Positions 1 through 8,681 of a stretch of DNA of 64,000 nt are shown piece after piece. The first letter of the stretch is position 1, and every line of letters starts with the position of its first letter. Under the pieces are notes generated by a model. It was not told the origin of the DNA and searched no databases. It saw nothing but the letters and a program-made list of their open reading frames with translations. A program made the translations under genes and the position numbers. This DNA is from a virus: positions 1 through 64,000 of IMG/VR virus record IMGVR_UViG_3300006749_000012; one strand, given 5' to 3'.

Positions 1-2058
1 CCTGAATTTTATAGAACTGAAGCGCAAGGGGCAAGAAAAGGAATGGGTGCAGAAGGTTACAAGTATGGAGGGTTTGACAAAGATACAGTAGTAGAATTAC
101 CATTACCAAGAAATACTGTGCCCTTTTCTTTTAAACAACCAAATAAAGAGCAAAAAGAATTTTTAGAACAGTTTCCTAATTTTAAAGGGGCATCACAATG
201 GTTTGAGCAAAGGGGGCCACCTGCGGGTATTGATGAACTTATAGCAACTGGTAAACTACAGCCGCTATCTTTAGACCAAAGAATACAACCCCATGAAAGT
301 CCATTCTTAGAAGATGATGTTACAAGAAAAGTAGCAAGCGAACCAATGGACATTGCATTCCAATTACTCAAATCAGAAGTCTTACTTTGGCCTAAGCGAT
401 TTGATAATAAACATTTTATGATGGAAAAACCGGGTCCGGGCGGTTTTACTATGAAAGATAAGACAGGTAAACACCGAGCATTCGTATCTTTACCCAATCA
501 AGGTGGCGACTATGGAAAAGATGTTCATAGTATGACTGATGAAGAATTATTAAACTCCTTTATGGAAACAGATGCTCACGAAACTATGCATGAAACATTA
601 GGGAATATCGGAGAAGATTACGATAAACCCCTTCACAATGAATATCCTGCTATGGTAGCGGAGTATCTTCAATATGCAAGACGACCAAGAGAGCAAATCC
701 CAAGTAACGATAAAGTAAGTCAATTGTTAGATGAAGGTATGGATGATAGAGAAATTGCGATGCAAATAGCACAACGAATGGCCCCTATGCATCAACAAGT
801 TTCACCGGGACATAATATTGGTAATATTGCTCGTGTAGTTACCGGGTCACCAAACGAATCGTATGATGATATTCAAAACGGCGAACCCATGGACATCGCC
901 ATGCGGTTGCTTAAAGGTGAATATGAGGACATTCCGAAAGAGGAACACCAAAATTACTATGCAGGTTCGCTCAATGCTTTACCGGGCCATAAACCGGGCT
1001 GCGACTTACGACTGAACGGTTACTACCCTCACTATTCAGCCAGTAAATACTCTGGTAAATGCACCTGTGAGGCTCAATGCGCCAACTGCGGGGCTAAGGA
1101 AAAATGGGGCTATCCTCATAACGATACTGATTTGTGCTTTGATTGTAGCGAGAACATGGCGGGACAAGGTGTGATTGATGACCCGTTAATGAATTGGATG
1201 CACTCACAACCGGACGGTATGCCATTACCTAAAACTGATGACGAAGATTGGCGGTCAAATATAGAAACAGGCGAACCAATGGACATCGCTACGCAGTTGC
1301 TCAAAGCGAGAGTATACGATGTCGGAGGACGAGAGTTACCTGAAACGCAAACTACTCTCACTGGTCAAAGCATTGCTGAAAGGGCTCGTGCTTTGGCTAA
1401 GCCTCCTCCAAGTTCACGAGCACCTAAGCAACACACTGGTTTGAATTACCATGTAACCATACCCAAACAAGACTTAGCAAACCCGCTTAACTCAAGACGC
1501 TATGCTATCAGGCGAGGGGACACTGATGAAATAGTAGGTAGCCTGCCTATGAATCCGACCTATGGTCCGCCTAAACCTGAGTTTACTGGCTCAGGGACCG
1601 AAGATGACCCGTTCACGACTGATAGCCTAGACGAACCCCTTCCTAGAGAAACAAGTAGCATTACTTTTACTGGAGACTACAAGCCGAGTTACTCTAATAT
1701 AGACCCGGAGCACCGAGGTCAGAATCTATACGCAAGAGCACTAATGGGTTTGCTGAGCGCTGGTGATGCAGGCGCTCCGATTGTATCTACTGAGCGAAAC
1801 GCTGCATCTGAGGGCGCTCACCGTTCGCTGATGGACATGTATTCTCGTGCTGGTGGTAACTTAGAAAGTTTGACTGGTTACGAGCCTGCAAGCGAATCAG
1901 ATGCTGTGCGCTACAATCAAATATTCGATGACGGATATGGCTCTCTCAGAACTTTCGACCCCGGAGGCTTACCTGTAAGAGTTATCGATGCACCTAGCAA
2001 GCGTAGTGGAATGGACTTGGCTCAGACGGACCTTGAGGACTTTGGATTGGAAGTGTAA
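1..2058 (+). CDS. Modular polyvalent protein, 5'-truncated (HExxH zincin-like, Cys-rich and GNAT-like modules separated by EPMDIAxxLLK tags)
   Basis: Frame is open from base 1; three EPMDIA(F/M/T)xLLK repeats; HETMH..E at 577-591; CANC..CFDC; IDPEHRGQNLYARAL resembles GNAT motif A. Confidence 0.7.
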   Translation, partial: PEFYRTEAQGARKGMGAEGYKYGGFDKDTVVELPLPRNTVPFSFKQPNKEQKEFLEQFPNFKGASQWFEQRGPPAGIDELIATGKLQPLSLDQRIQPHESPFLEDDVTRKVASEPMDIAFQLLKSEVLLWPKRFDNKHFMMEKPGPGGFTMKDKTGKHRAFVSLPNQGGDYGKDVHSMTDEELLNSFMETDAHETMHETLGNIGEDYDKPLHNEYPAMVAEYLQYARRPREQIPSNDKVSQLLDEGMDDREIAMQIAQRMAPMHQQVSPGHNIGNIARVVTGSPNESYDDIQNGEPMDIAMRLLKGEYEDIPKEEHQNYYAGSLNALPGHKPGCDLRLNGYYPHYSASKYSGKCTCEAQCANCGAKEKWGYPHNDTDLCFDCSENMAGQGVIDDPLMNWMHSQPDGMPLPKTDDEDWRSNIETGEPMDIATQLLKARVYDVGGRELPETQTTLTGQSIAERARALAKPPPSSRAPKQHTGLNYHVTIPKQDLANPLNSRRYAIRRGDTDEIVGSLPMNPTYGPPKPEFTGSGTEDDPFTTDSLDEPLPRETSSITFTGDYKPSYSNIDPEHRGQNLYARALMGLLSAGDAGAPIVSTERNAASEGAHRSLMDMYSRAGGNLESLTGYEPASESDAVRYNQIFDDGYGSLRTFDPGGLPVRVIDAPSKRSGMDLAQTDLEDFGLEV
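340..1305 (+). repeat. Three ~33-36 bp coding repeats GAACC(A/C)ATGGACAT(T/C)GC..(T/C)AAA at 340-372, 880-915, 1270-1305
   Basis: Direct reading of DNA and protein (EPMDIAFQLLK, GEPMDIAMRLLK, GEPMDIATQLLK). Confidence 0.9.
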
Positions 2059-2072
2059 CTAGACTCACCTAC

Positions 2073-2081
2073 TAATTTATT
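2073..2081 (+). promoter_or_regulatory. Putative archaeal TATA box for a leaderless transcript starting near ATG 2106
   Basis: TAATTTATT ~25 nt upstream of an ATG lacking an SD site. Confidence 0.4.
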
Positions 2082-2105
2082 TCCAGCACCGCCTTCGGCT
2101 TCGAC

Positions 2106-2213
2106 ATGACGAGATGTAAACTCTTAGACAGTTGGCTTGATGTGAAATCGAAAGAACTAGACAAAGCAGAAAAGAAAGCAGGAAAGGATTTAATTACAGG
2201 CCGAAAAAAGTGA
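2106..2213 (+). CDS. Small basic protein, 35 aa (MTRCKLLDSWLDVKSKELDKAEKKAGKDLITGRKK); not in ORF track
   Basis: ATG..TGA fills the gap before the lyase gene; TATA-like box upstream. Confidence 0.55.
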   Translation: MTRCKLLDSWLDVKSKELDKAEKKAGKDLITGRKK

Positions 2214-2218
2214 CGGCC

Positions 2219-3055
2219 ATGCGAATCAATGTCTATGAGGTAGGGCCTAGAGATGGCCTTCAATACCTACCTCATACGGTATCTTCGCTTGACAAGCAGA
2301 GGCTTATCAATTCGCTTTACGACGCTGGAATAGAATCTATGGAGGAGGTGTCTTTTGCACATCCGAAAGTCCTACCACAGATGGCAGATGCAGAGCAGGT
2401 GTTTACAGGCAAAGGCGCTGCTTTAGTAATGAACAAGCGTGGGTTTGAGCGGGCTAACTCAGTTGGTGTTGAGAATTTCAACATCGTATTCAGCCCATGT
2501 GAAACTTTCAACATGCGTAACATGGGTAAAAGTCGCAGCGAGATAGTTCTAATGTATAAGACATTCATGGATAAAGTGCCAAAAGAAAATGTCAGAGCAT
2601 ATATCAGCATGGCTTTCGGGAGTCCCTACTCAGGTCAAGTGTCACCTTCGGTTATGAGGAGTTGTGTGCGTGATGCTGCTATGTTTGCAGATACCATCGT
2701 TTTTGCTGATACGGTAGGAGTGGGTTGCGGTAGTGACGTTCAACGATTGGCTAGGCTTGCATTCAAGGAAGGATTGAGGCCAGCCTTACATCTGCACCAT
2801 AATGGTGATGAAAGCCGAGCAGTGTCCTTAGTAAGGGCTGGCTTACTTTCAGGTATGAAAGAATTTGACTCAAGTATAGGTGGTCTAGGCGGCTGTCCCT
2901 TCGCAGAGGGGAGTGGCGCTAATCTTTCAACTGAAACATTAGTTCGTCATCTATACGCATGGGGTTTTGAAGTAGGTGTAGATTTGAAGAAATTGAAATT
3001 AGCATCCAGCATTGCTAACGATATTAAACATGAAGGAATTGTTTTAATATCTTAA
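2219..3055 (+). CDS. hmgL: Hydroxymethylglutaryl-CoA lyase (DRE-TIM metallolyase), auxiliary metabolic gene
   Basis: EVGPRDGLQ, FADTVG, ALHLH metal ligands, GGLGGCPFA with catalytic Cys, ANLSTE. Confidence 0.9.
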   Translation: MRINVYEVGPRDGLQYLPHTVSSLDKQRLINSLYDAGIESMEEVSFAHPKVLPQMADAEQVFTGKGAALVMNKRGFERANSVGVENFNIVFSPCETFNMRNMGKSRSEIVLMYKTFMDKVPKENVRAYISMAFGSPYSGQVSPSVMRSCVRDAAMFADTIVFADTVGVGCGSDVQRLARLAFKEGLRPALHLHHNGDESRAVSLVRAGLLSGMKEFDSSIGGLGGCPFAEGSGANLSTETLVRHLYAWGFEVGVDLKKLKLASSIANDIKHEGIVLIS

Positions 3056-3058
3056 CAA

Positions 3059-3066
3059 ACTTAAAG
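3059..3066 (+). promoter_or_regulatory. Putative TATA box upstream of the gene at 3092
   Basis: ACTTAAAG ~25-30 nt before the ATG in a short intergenic gap. Confidence 0.35.
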
Positions 3067-3091
3067 TGTATAGTGACTTTAGGAGTATAAC

Positions 3092-4165
3092 ATGGGCGTA
3101 AGCCGATACGGATTTGCAAATGCTTGGTCACTTCTCAAGGCCTTACCCGGCCAACAAGGTTACATGGGTTCTATTCCTCCCTCGTTAGTAGGTATGTTAG
3201 AGCGTGGTAGAGAGCAAGGTGTGCCCGGAATACCTAGAGTTAATAGAATGGTAGAGCGTGACCTCAGTCCTATTACGGACGATTATGCTTCCATGCTAAG
3301 TTCGGGCTTTGCGACAGGTGAGCCTAAAGGTAGAGAAAAACCTATGCCATCTGATTTTACAACTCAAATGCAAGACGTAGGTGGTTTCAAGACGGAGCCT
3401 GAAGAAGGATTCTTTACAGGTAGAGAGAAGTTTTTGGCAAGAGAAGGTTTAGAAGCGGCTGCTAGAAGGCAGTTAGGAGGTAACCAACGTGGCGGTAGGG
3501 TCAATGTCCGAGGCGGCTCGCAGTCAGGTATCAACGCACCACTTCGTGGTCAAGACGACGAAGGACAAAGAGTCAATCCAAGAGCAACACGCAGAAGCCC
3601 GTCTACTTTGAGAAACTTAGAAGGTATGCAAACTGGCGCTAAACTTGGCGGGCGCAGCGCAGAATTTATTGAAGAAGAACCTGAATTGACAGACGAGGAG
3701 AAACTCGCTGAGATGATGAGAGATTTAGGCATGGATGCTACTGCACAAGCGGGAGAGCCTGCACAAGCGGGAGAGCAACGAGGAAAGCCTTACAAATCAC
3801 GTATAGGTAATGACGAATTGATGGAAATAGAAGAAAGTTTGACTGCTATACATGGGCCGGAAATGGCAAGTAGAATCGTTCAATCTATGATTGACGACCC
3901 CCAGCCTCCATCCTTTAGGACTGCTGGAGTCCGCCAACAAAATCTTGACCCTCAAGGGGACAGGCCAAGCCTTGGTAGGATTATGCAAGGAGGTCCTGAC
4001 AGAGGTCAGTTCAGACCTGCATTCCCGCCTGATGAGGCGACTCAGGCTATGCTAGGTGGAGGTGCTGGAGGGCAAGCAGCGCTTCAGCAGAGGTTGATGG
4101 ACTTGGCCGCAGTAGAGGGAACAAGGGCCGGTAGAAGTCAAACCCAAATAGACAGACAAGCGTGA
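3092..4165 (+). CDS. Low-complexity G/R/Q-rich protein with N-terminal AWSLLKA tag; putative head-internal protein
   Basis: 357-aa ORF; FANAWSLLK|A at N-terminus; predicted disordered. Confidence 0.65.
   Translation: MGVSRYGFANAWSLLKALPGQQGYMGSIPPSLVGMLERGREQGVPGIPRVNRMVERDLSPITDDYASMLSSGFATGEPKGREKPMPSDFTTQMQDVGGFKTEPEEGFFTGREKFLAREGLEAAARRQLGGNQRGGRVNVRGGSQSGINAPLRGQDDEGQRVNPRATRRSPSTLRNLEGMQTGAKLGGRSAEFIEEEPELTDEEKLAEMMRDLGMDATAQAGEPAQAGEQRGKPYKSRIGNDELMEIEESLTAIHGPEMASRIVQSMIDDPQPPSFRTAGVRQQNLDPQGDRPSLGRIMQGGPDRGQFRPAFPPDEATQAMLGGGAGGQAALQQRLMDLAAVEGTRAGRSQTQIDRQA
3741..3776 (+). repeat. Perfect 18-bp tandem duplication CTGCACAAGCGGGAGAGC x2 (in frame)
   Basis: Seen directly. Confidence 0.9.
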
Positions 4166-4515
4166 TTGACATGAAACCAATTGACGCAGCATGGAGGGTT
4201 CTGAAAGAAGAGGACTTTGATTTACAAGCAGCATTAGATGCTAACATTGACCCAAACGACCCAATGAAACGGATGCTTGAATCAGCAAGATTACGAAATT
4301 CACCGGGTGTTAATTTACAGCCTGTAGATACTCCTCGTGTTACTCAATATCCGAGGTCACCTCGCAACCCATCAGGAGATAACAGAATTGGTATGCAACC
4401 GGCCCCTTTGCAACTTAGGCGATTACCCGATGCTCCTGAAGATATGGCTCAAACGCAATTACCGGCTCAACTAACAGCAGGTGCCACTAGTGTTGGTAGA
4501 GTAAAGCAAGAATAA
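4162..4515 (+). CDS. Hypothetical protein with N-terminal PIDAAWRVLKE tag
   Basis: Overlaps upstream stop (GTGA); alternative ATG at 4171. Confidence 0.65.
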   Translation: MIDMKPIDAAWRVLKEEDFDLQAALDANIDPNDPMKRMLESARLRNSPGVNLQPVDTPRVTQYPRSPRNPSGDNRIGMQPAPLQLRRLPDAPEDMAQTQLPAQLTAGATSVGRVKQE

Positions 4516-4562
4516 TTTTCGTGACACTAAAGTTCAAGTAGGGTTTTGTCCTCGGACTTAAT

Positions 4563-4745
4563 ATGGTGTGGGATTTGATAACAGGCTTGTCGCTTGTTGT
4601 AGGTTTCGGTTTAATCATAGCGACTTGGAAAGAGATAGGTCGCATGAAACAAGAAATAAGCGACTTAACCACCATGGTTAGAATATTCAGATACCGTGCT
4701 TTAGAGGAGGAAAGGGATAAACTTGCAAGGCAAAAGGAAAAGTAA
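4563..4745 (+). CDS. Small single-pass membrane protein with basic coiled-coil tail
   Basis: LITGLSLVVGFGLIIATW hydrophobic segment. Confidence 0.6.
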   Translation: MVWDLITGLSLVVGFGLIIATWKEIGRMKQEISDLTTMVRIFRYRALEEERDKLARQKEK

Positions 4746-4887
4746 ATCTTGCGTTCACTGCGGTCATCACCCCACTAGGCGTGTTTATGTCAAAGTCAAC
4801 AACGTATTCCGAGGAATCGCTTGGCTTTGCAATCAGTGTGATGAGTTTACTAAGGAACCTATGGAACTAAATACTTCAATAGAATAG
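4723..4887 (+). CDS. Small zinc-ribbon protein, 54 aa (CVHC...CNQC); not in ORF track
   Basis: TTG start after purine-rich GAGGAGG/AGGGAT; translation MQGKRKSKSCVHCGHHPTRRVYVKVNNVFRGIAWLCNQCDEFTKEPMELNTSIE. Confidence 0.65.
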   Translation: MQGKRKSKSCVHCGHHPTRRVYVKVNNVFRGIAWLCNQCDEFTKEPMELNTSIE

Positions 4888-4893
4888 ATTAAC

Positions 4894-4963
4894 TGGGTCA
4901 GCAGCCATCCTTTCTAGTGTATTTCAATTGGGCTCATTAACAAACACCTCCGCTGCTGACCCA
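4894..4963. other. Intergenic stem-loop: perfect 12-bp inverted repeat with 46-nt loop (candidate sRNA or terminator)
   Basis: TGGGTCAGCAGC (4894-4905) / GCTGCTGACCCA (4952-4963). Confidence 0.7.
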
Positions 4964-5000
4964 CCCTAATCTTTTTGTCTATGTTTGGCATGGGCGGTCT

Positions 5001-5393
5001 ATGACCGATAATATCTACTGGCTTACAGAAGCCGACGTTATCGGTAAAACAGATTGGTCAGACGTGTCTTTTTGCGACTGTTGCAGTCCGTTAGAACTCA
5101 GTCTTGCAGTCATGAAGGCTAAACGAAAGTCAAAGCCGTTTCATGGTTACAACAAAAACAAACACGCTCGCACTGGAGGACTAAGTGCTAAAGGTCGTGC
5201 TGCTGCAAAGCGAAAAACAGGCGCTAATCTCAAGCGTCCTGTTACTAAGAAGCCAAGTAAACTCAAGCGTGGTAGCAAGGCCGCTAAGCGCCGTAAGTCC
5301 TTTTGCGCTCGTATGAGCGGAGTCAAGGGACCAACCTCTAAACAAGGTAAATTAACACCGAAAGGTGCAGCATTAAAGAGGTGGAACTGTTGA
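5001..5393 (+). CDS. Highly basic protein resembling a marine-phage family (KRRKSFCARM...LKRWNC, DUF6321-like)
   Basis: K/R-rich C-terminal domain after acidic Cys-containing leader ending AVMK|A; family name from recall. Confidence 0.65.
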   Translation: MTDNIYWLTEADVIGKTDWSDVSFCDCCSPLELSLAVMKAKRKSKPFHGYNKNKHARTGGLSAKGRAAAKRKTGANLKRPVTKKPSKLKRGSKAAKRRKSFCARMSGVKGPTSKQGKLTPKGAALKRWNC

Positions 5394-5872
5394 TTTTAGT
5401 CAAATCTTCATCAGAAGATAATTTTAGACCACGACCTATTCTTGGTAACCGTATTCTAACACCTATTAGAGATGATGATAAAAAAGAAGAGCCTAAGTTT
5501 AGACCACGACCTATTCTTGGGTCTATTTTACAAACAGCGACGGGTAACAACAACACACAGATTTCTGCCGGTGGTGATGTAAGGACTAACTTACCTCAAG
5601 AACCAATTCCTCAACTCAGTCCTATGGATTTGGCTATGGAAGAAATCAGAGCAGCGCAAAAGCAACGGGAAGCACATGCGAAACAGTTAGAAGAGCAAGC
5701 AAAACAGTATGCACAGTTTGAGGAGATGATGGGTGGTGCTTTTAGAGATGCTACCGGAAGAATGATAACAGGATTATCCGAAGAAGCAAGAGATTACATT
5801 GGTATTTTAATGGCTCAAGGAATGGATGCTAACGAAGCAGAAGATGCAGCAAGACAACAATTTGGTGAGTAA
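5390..5872 (+). CDS. Hypothetical protein with internal FRPRPILG repeat
   Basis: TTG overlapping upstream TGA after GAGGTGG; 23-bp direct repeat at 5423-5445 and 5498-5520; starts MILVK|S; SPMDLAM tag variant. Confidence 0.6.
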   Translation: MILVKSSSEDNFRPRPILGNRILTPIRDDDKKEEPKFRPRPILGSILQTATGNNNTQISAGGDVRTNLPQEPIPQLSPMDLAMEEIRAAQKQREAHAKQLEEQAKQYAQFEEMMGGAFRDATGRMITGLSEEARDYIGILMAQGMDANEAEDAARQQFGE

Positions 5873-5891
5873 TAAAGAGGTGAAACTGTTA

Positions 5892-6569
5892 ATGTCGGCT
5901 TGGTATGAACTTCTAAAGAAAAAAAAGGATGTAGATTTGACTTTACCACGAGGTAAAGAAATGGTCTTACAAGCCGAAGATAAAGACTACGAAAGAGGTT
6001 TGCTAGTGACACTGCTAAAGAACGGAGGTTATGATATGGCTTACTGGTATGATAAGCATGAACCTTATCCAATAGAAGTATTAGTTGACGGTAAGTCTAT
6101 TAAGAAAGATGCTAAGAAAGTTACAATGAAGTTCCATCCTGAACTGAAGAAATCGGTTTTAGTTACAGGTCGTCGCATCGTAAAAGCAGACATTGAACAA
6201 ATAATACTTGACGAAATAGAAAAAGAGGGTGGTGCTTTGGGTATGAAAAACCTAAGAAAGGTAGTTCCTGACGAGGAAAAATTGAAATCTACACTTGATG
6301 ATATGGTCAGAAGGGGAGTTATATTCATTCACGAAGATGGAGATATTTATACTCACAAACCTACGGATGAGATGGAAAAGGGGTGCGCTTGTGAACACTG
6401 CTTTGGTATAGACAGTGCTTTTGATTTCTTAGAAAAGAAACTTTGTCCAGCAGGTAAAGCCGCAGCCAAGCGCAAATTCAAAGTCTACCCTTCTGCTTAT
6501 GCTAACGGTTGGGCAGTTCAATACTGCCGAGGTAAGTTTAGAAAGAAGAAGAAGGGGAAAAAGAAATGA
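5892..6569 (+). CDS. Modular protein: AWYELLK tag, unknown domain, winged-helix-like segment, basic YPSAYANGW domain
   Basis: ATG 5892 after GAGGTGA; modules bounded by LKK|S, IVK|A, MEK|G, LEK|K. Confidence 0.65.
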   Translation: MSAWYELLKKKKDVDLTLPRGKEMVLQAEDKDYERGLLVTLLKNGGYDMAYWYDKHEPYPIEVLVDGKSIKKDAKKVTMKFHPELKKSVLVTGRRIVKADIEQIILDEIEKEGGALGMKNLRKVVPDEEKLKSTLDDMVRRGVIFIHEDGDIYTHKPTDEMEKGCACEHCFGIDSAFDFLEKKLCPAGKAAAKRKFKVYPSAYANGWAVQYCRGKFRKKKKGKKK

Positions 6570-7519
6570 GTCGCTGCACTTGCTACGATACTTTAGTCAT
6601 TAAGAACCTTAATCGATGGTTCAAAGAAAAGTGGGTAGATGTTAGTAGAAAAGACCCTAAGACAGGTAAGCATCCTCCTTGTGGTAGAAGTAAGGCTAAG
6701 AAAGGTCGTAAAGGCTATCCTAAATGTAGACCAAGTGTAAAAGTTAGTAGTAAAACTCCAAAGACTTCAGGTTCAATGAGCGAGGGTCAAAAACGTGCAG
6801 CCACTAAAAGAAAGCGCTCAAAGAGACAGGGTGTCGGTGGTAAGCCTACGATAGTCAAACGAGACATGTCTCATTGTAACTGTGGTGCGCCCAAAGGGTT
6901 TTCTTGCAAAGCGCATTGTAAAAGCAAACAAATGAAAAAAAGCGTGTTAATAAAAGCACCACGTATACCTCGCAAAAAGGGACAACCCGCTGGCTCAAAG
7001 AAACACTCTGATTTGTATACCGACGAGAATCCAAAAGGCACCATACATGGTCTAGGGTTCAAGAATCCAGCAAAGGCTCGCCAATCAGTATCCAAAATCA
7101 AAAACAGCAGCCGCAGCCACGCTCACAAAACACAAGCAGCGATTGCCATGGAGCAAAGGGCTGATGAAATGGGTAAGAAACAGGAGGCTGCTATTTATCG
7201 TAAATTCATCGAGCAGCAGAAAAAGAAAACCAAACAGATGAAAAAGTCAATATTAGTCAAAAGTCCCAAGTCACCTGAAGCAAAGCGTCACAAGTTAGAG
7301 TATGATAAAAAATACGAATCTACTCCTGAGCGTGTAAAATATCGTGAGGAGTTGAATCGTGAACGTAGAAAGCGTGGTATCTACGGCAGAGGAGGACCTG
7401 ATATGAGTCACACAAAAGACCACACACTAGTAGCAGAAAGCCCTCATGCGAACAGGGCTAGGCACTTCAAAGAACGGGGGACACTTAAATCAAATGACTT
7501 TTATGTCATGGTAAGGTGA
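6566..7519 (+). CDS. Highly basic multi-module protein (WFKEKWVD...PKCRP; HSDLYTDENPKGTI; degenerate HNH-like C-terminal module)
   Basis: Modules bounded by VIK|N, IVK|R, MKKSVLIK|A, MKKSILVK|S. Confidence 0.7.
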   Translation: MSRCTCYDTLVIKNLNRWFKEKWVDVSRKDPKTGKHPPCGRSKAKKGRKGYPKCRPSVKVSSKTPKTSGSMSEGQKRAATKRKRSKRQGVGGKPTIVKRDMSHCNCGAPKGFSCKAHCKSKQMKKSVLIKAPRIPRKKGQPAGSKKHSDLYTDENPKGTIHGLGFKNPAKARQSVSKIKNSSRSHAHKTQAAIAMEQRADEMGKKQEAAIYRKFIEQQKKKTKQMKKSILVKSPKSPEAKRHKLEYDKKYESTPERVKYREELNRERRKRGIYGRGGPDMSHTKDHTLVAESPHANRARHFKERGTLKSNDFYVMVR

Positions 7520-7731
7520 ATCTCTTGAATGACTGGTGGGAAGAATTATTTAAGCAAATGCTCAAAGTCTCTTTGCACAATCTAATTAAAATTGAAGAAT
7601 TGCAAGATGGCTCAATAGAGGCAGCAACGCTCTTGATGGAAGCGGCTGATAATTACAACTTCCTCCAACAGGCTTATCACGATAAGTGTTCTCAGAGTAT
7701 ACATGTCGAGTTCATTCTCACCGATGGATGA
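7516..7731 (+). CDS. Hypothetical protein
   Basis: 71-aa ORF, GTGA overlap with upstream stop. Confidence 0.45.
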   Translation: MNLLNDWWEELFKQMLKVSLHNLIKIEELQDGSIEAATLLMEAADNYNFLQQAYHDKCSQSIHVEFILTDG

Positions 7732-8671
7732 GGCATGGTCGTATTTACAAAGTAACGACAAGATTGAAAAATTAATCCCATTAGTTCCTTTAGCGATTGG
7801 AGCAGGTTTCGGTGCACTCGGTGCCTATACAGGTGCTGGTGGTAGATTTGAAGATGACGAGGGTAACTTTGATTTGAATTTTGGAGGTGAGGCGGGCTTT
7901 CAAGACCCAGTTACAGGTGGGATGCTTTTCGATGTAGGTGCTGGTGACTCTACCGCAGCGAGAATAGGAGGTGGTGCTTTTGGTGCATTACAAGCGTTTA
8001 ATCCGGCAACTGGAATCAAAGCCATAGGTGGTGGCATTAAAGGTTTAAGGTCTGCCTCTAAAGCAAAAAAAGCAGAGCAAGCAGTAAGAGCGGGGAAAGC
8101 AGCAGAACAGGCAGCGTTAGCGGCAGGTCGAAATGCATCTCAAGCAAAGCAAGCGGGAATTTTAGCAGAAGAAGCGATTCTTTATCCCGGTGTTCAAAAT
8201 GTCAAAGTTGCCCCCGGAGTAATTGATTCTACTAGACCGTTAGCAGCACGAGCCAAGGGTGCAGGAGGTGCAGCAGCCGATGCTACTGGTAGAGGATTGA
8301 CTCGTTTAGGCCAAAATCGCCTTGCTAGATTTGCAGGCAGGGCCGCTCAAGTATATGGTCAGGACCAACAGCACGGCTTTGGAGGAAAATTAGGAACATT
8401 AGCCGCTTCAATCATGGCACCTAAATTACCTGATGCAAATGTAAATACTGGTGGATTTGGAACTGTTCAAGGTAGCGGCTCCTCAAACCCAAGTGGTTTT
8501 GGTGCCACAGGCTCAGGCTCAGGTAGGTTTGGAGCGGCTAATAACATGAACAACTTGTCCGCTCAATTTAGCAATAGGACCGCAGGACAAGAAATATTCA
8601 ACCCCGACGCTTTTAGAGGAAATAGGAGAGCAGTGGCGTTTGAACGTCAAAAAGAATTTGGCGGATTATGA
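7703..8671 (+). CDS. Gly/Ala-rich protein with PMDEAWSYL tag then hydrophobic glycine-zipper; putative ejection/internal virion protein
   Basis: SPMDEAWSYLQ...KIEK|LIPLVPLAIGAGFGALGAYTG. Confidence 0.6.
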   Translation: MSSSFSPMDEAWSYLQSNDKIEKLIPLVPLAIGAGFGALGAYTGAGGRFEDDEGNFDLNFGGEAGFQDPVTGGMLFDVGAGDSTAARIGGGAFGALQAFNPATGIKAIGGGIKGLRSASKAKKAEQAVRAGKAAEQAALAAGRNASQAKQAGILAEEAILYPGVQNVKVAPGVIDSTRPLAARAKGAGGAAADATGRGLTRLGQNRLARFAGRAAQVYGQDQQHGFGGKLGTLAASIMAPKLPDANVNTGGFGTVQGSGSSNPSGFGATGSGSGRFGAANNMNNLSAQFSNRTAGQEIFNPDAFRGNRRAVAFERQKEFGGL

Positions 8672-8681
8672 AGGTGATAAT

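Noticed and set aside
340-1305. ~36-bp repeats as a possible CRISPR array or attC-type sites
   Set aside because: Spacing is 350-500 bp, copies are degenerate at synonymous positions, non-palindromic and in frame; no cas or integrase gene seen
3741-5520. Short exact duplications (18 bp at 3741; 23 bp at 5423/5498) as regulatory repeats
   Set aside because: Both are in-frame duplications within low-complexity coding regions
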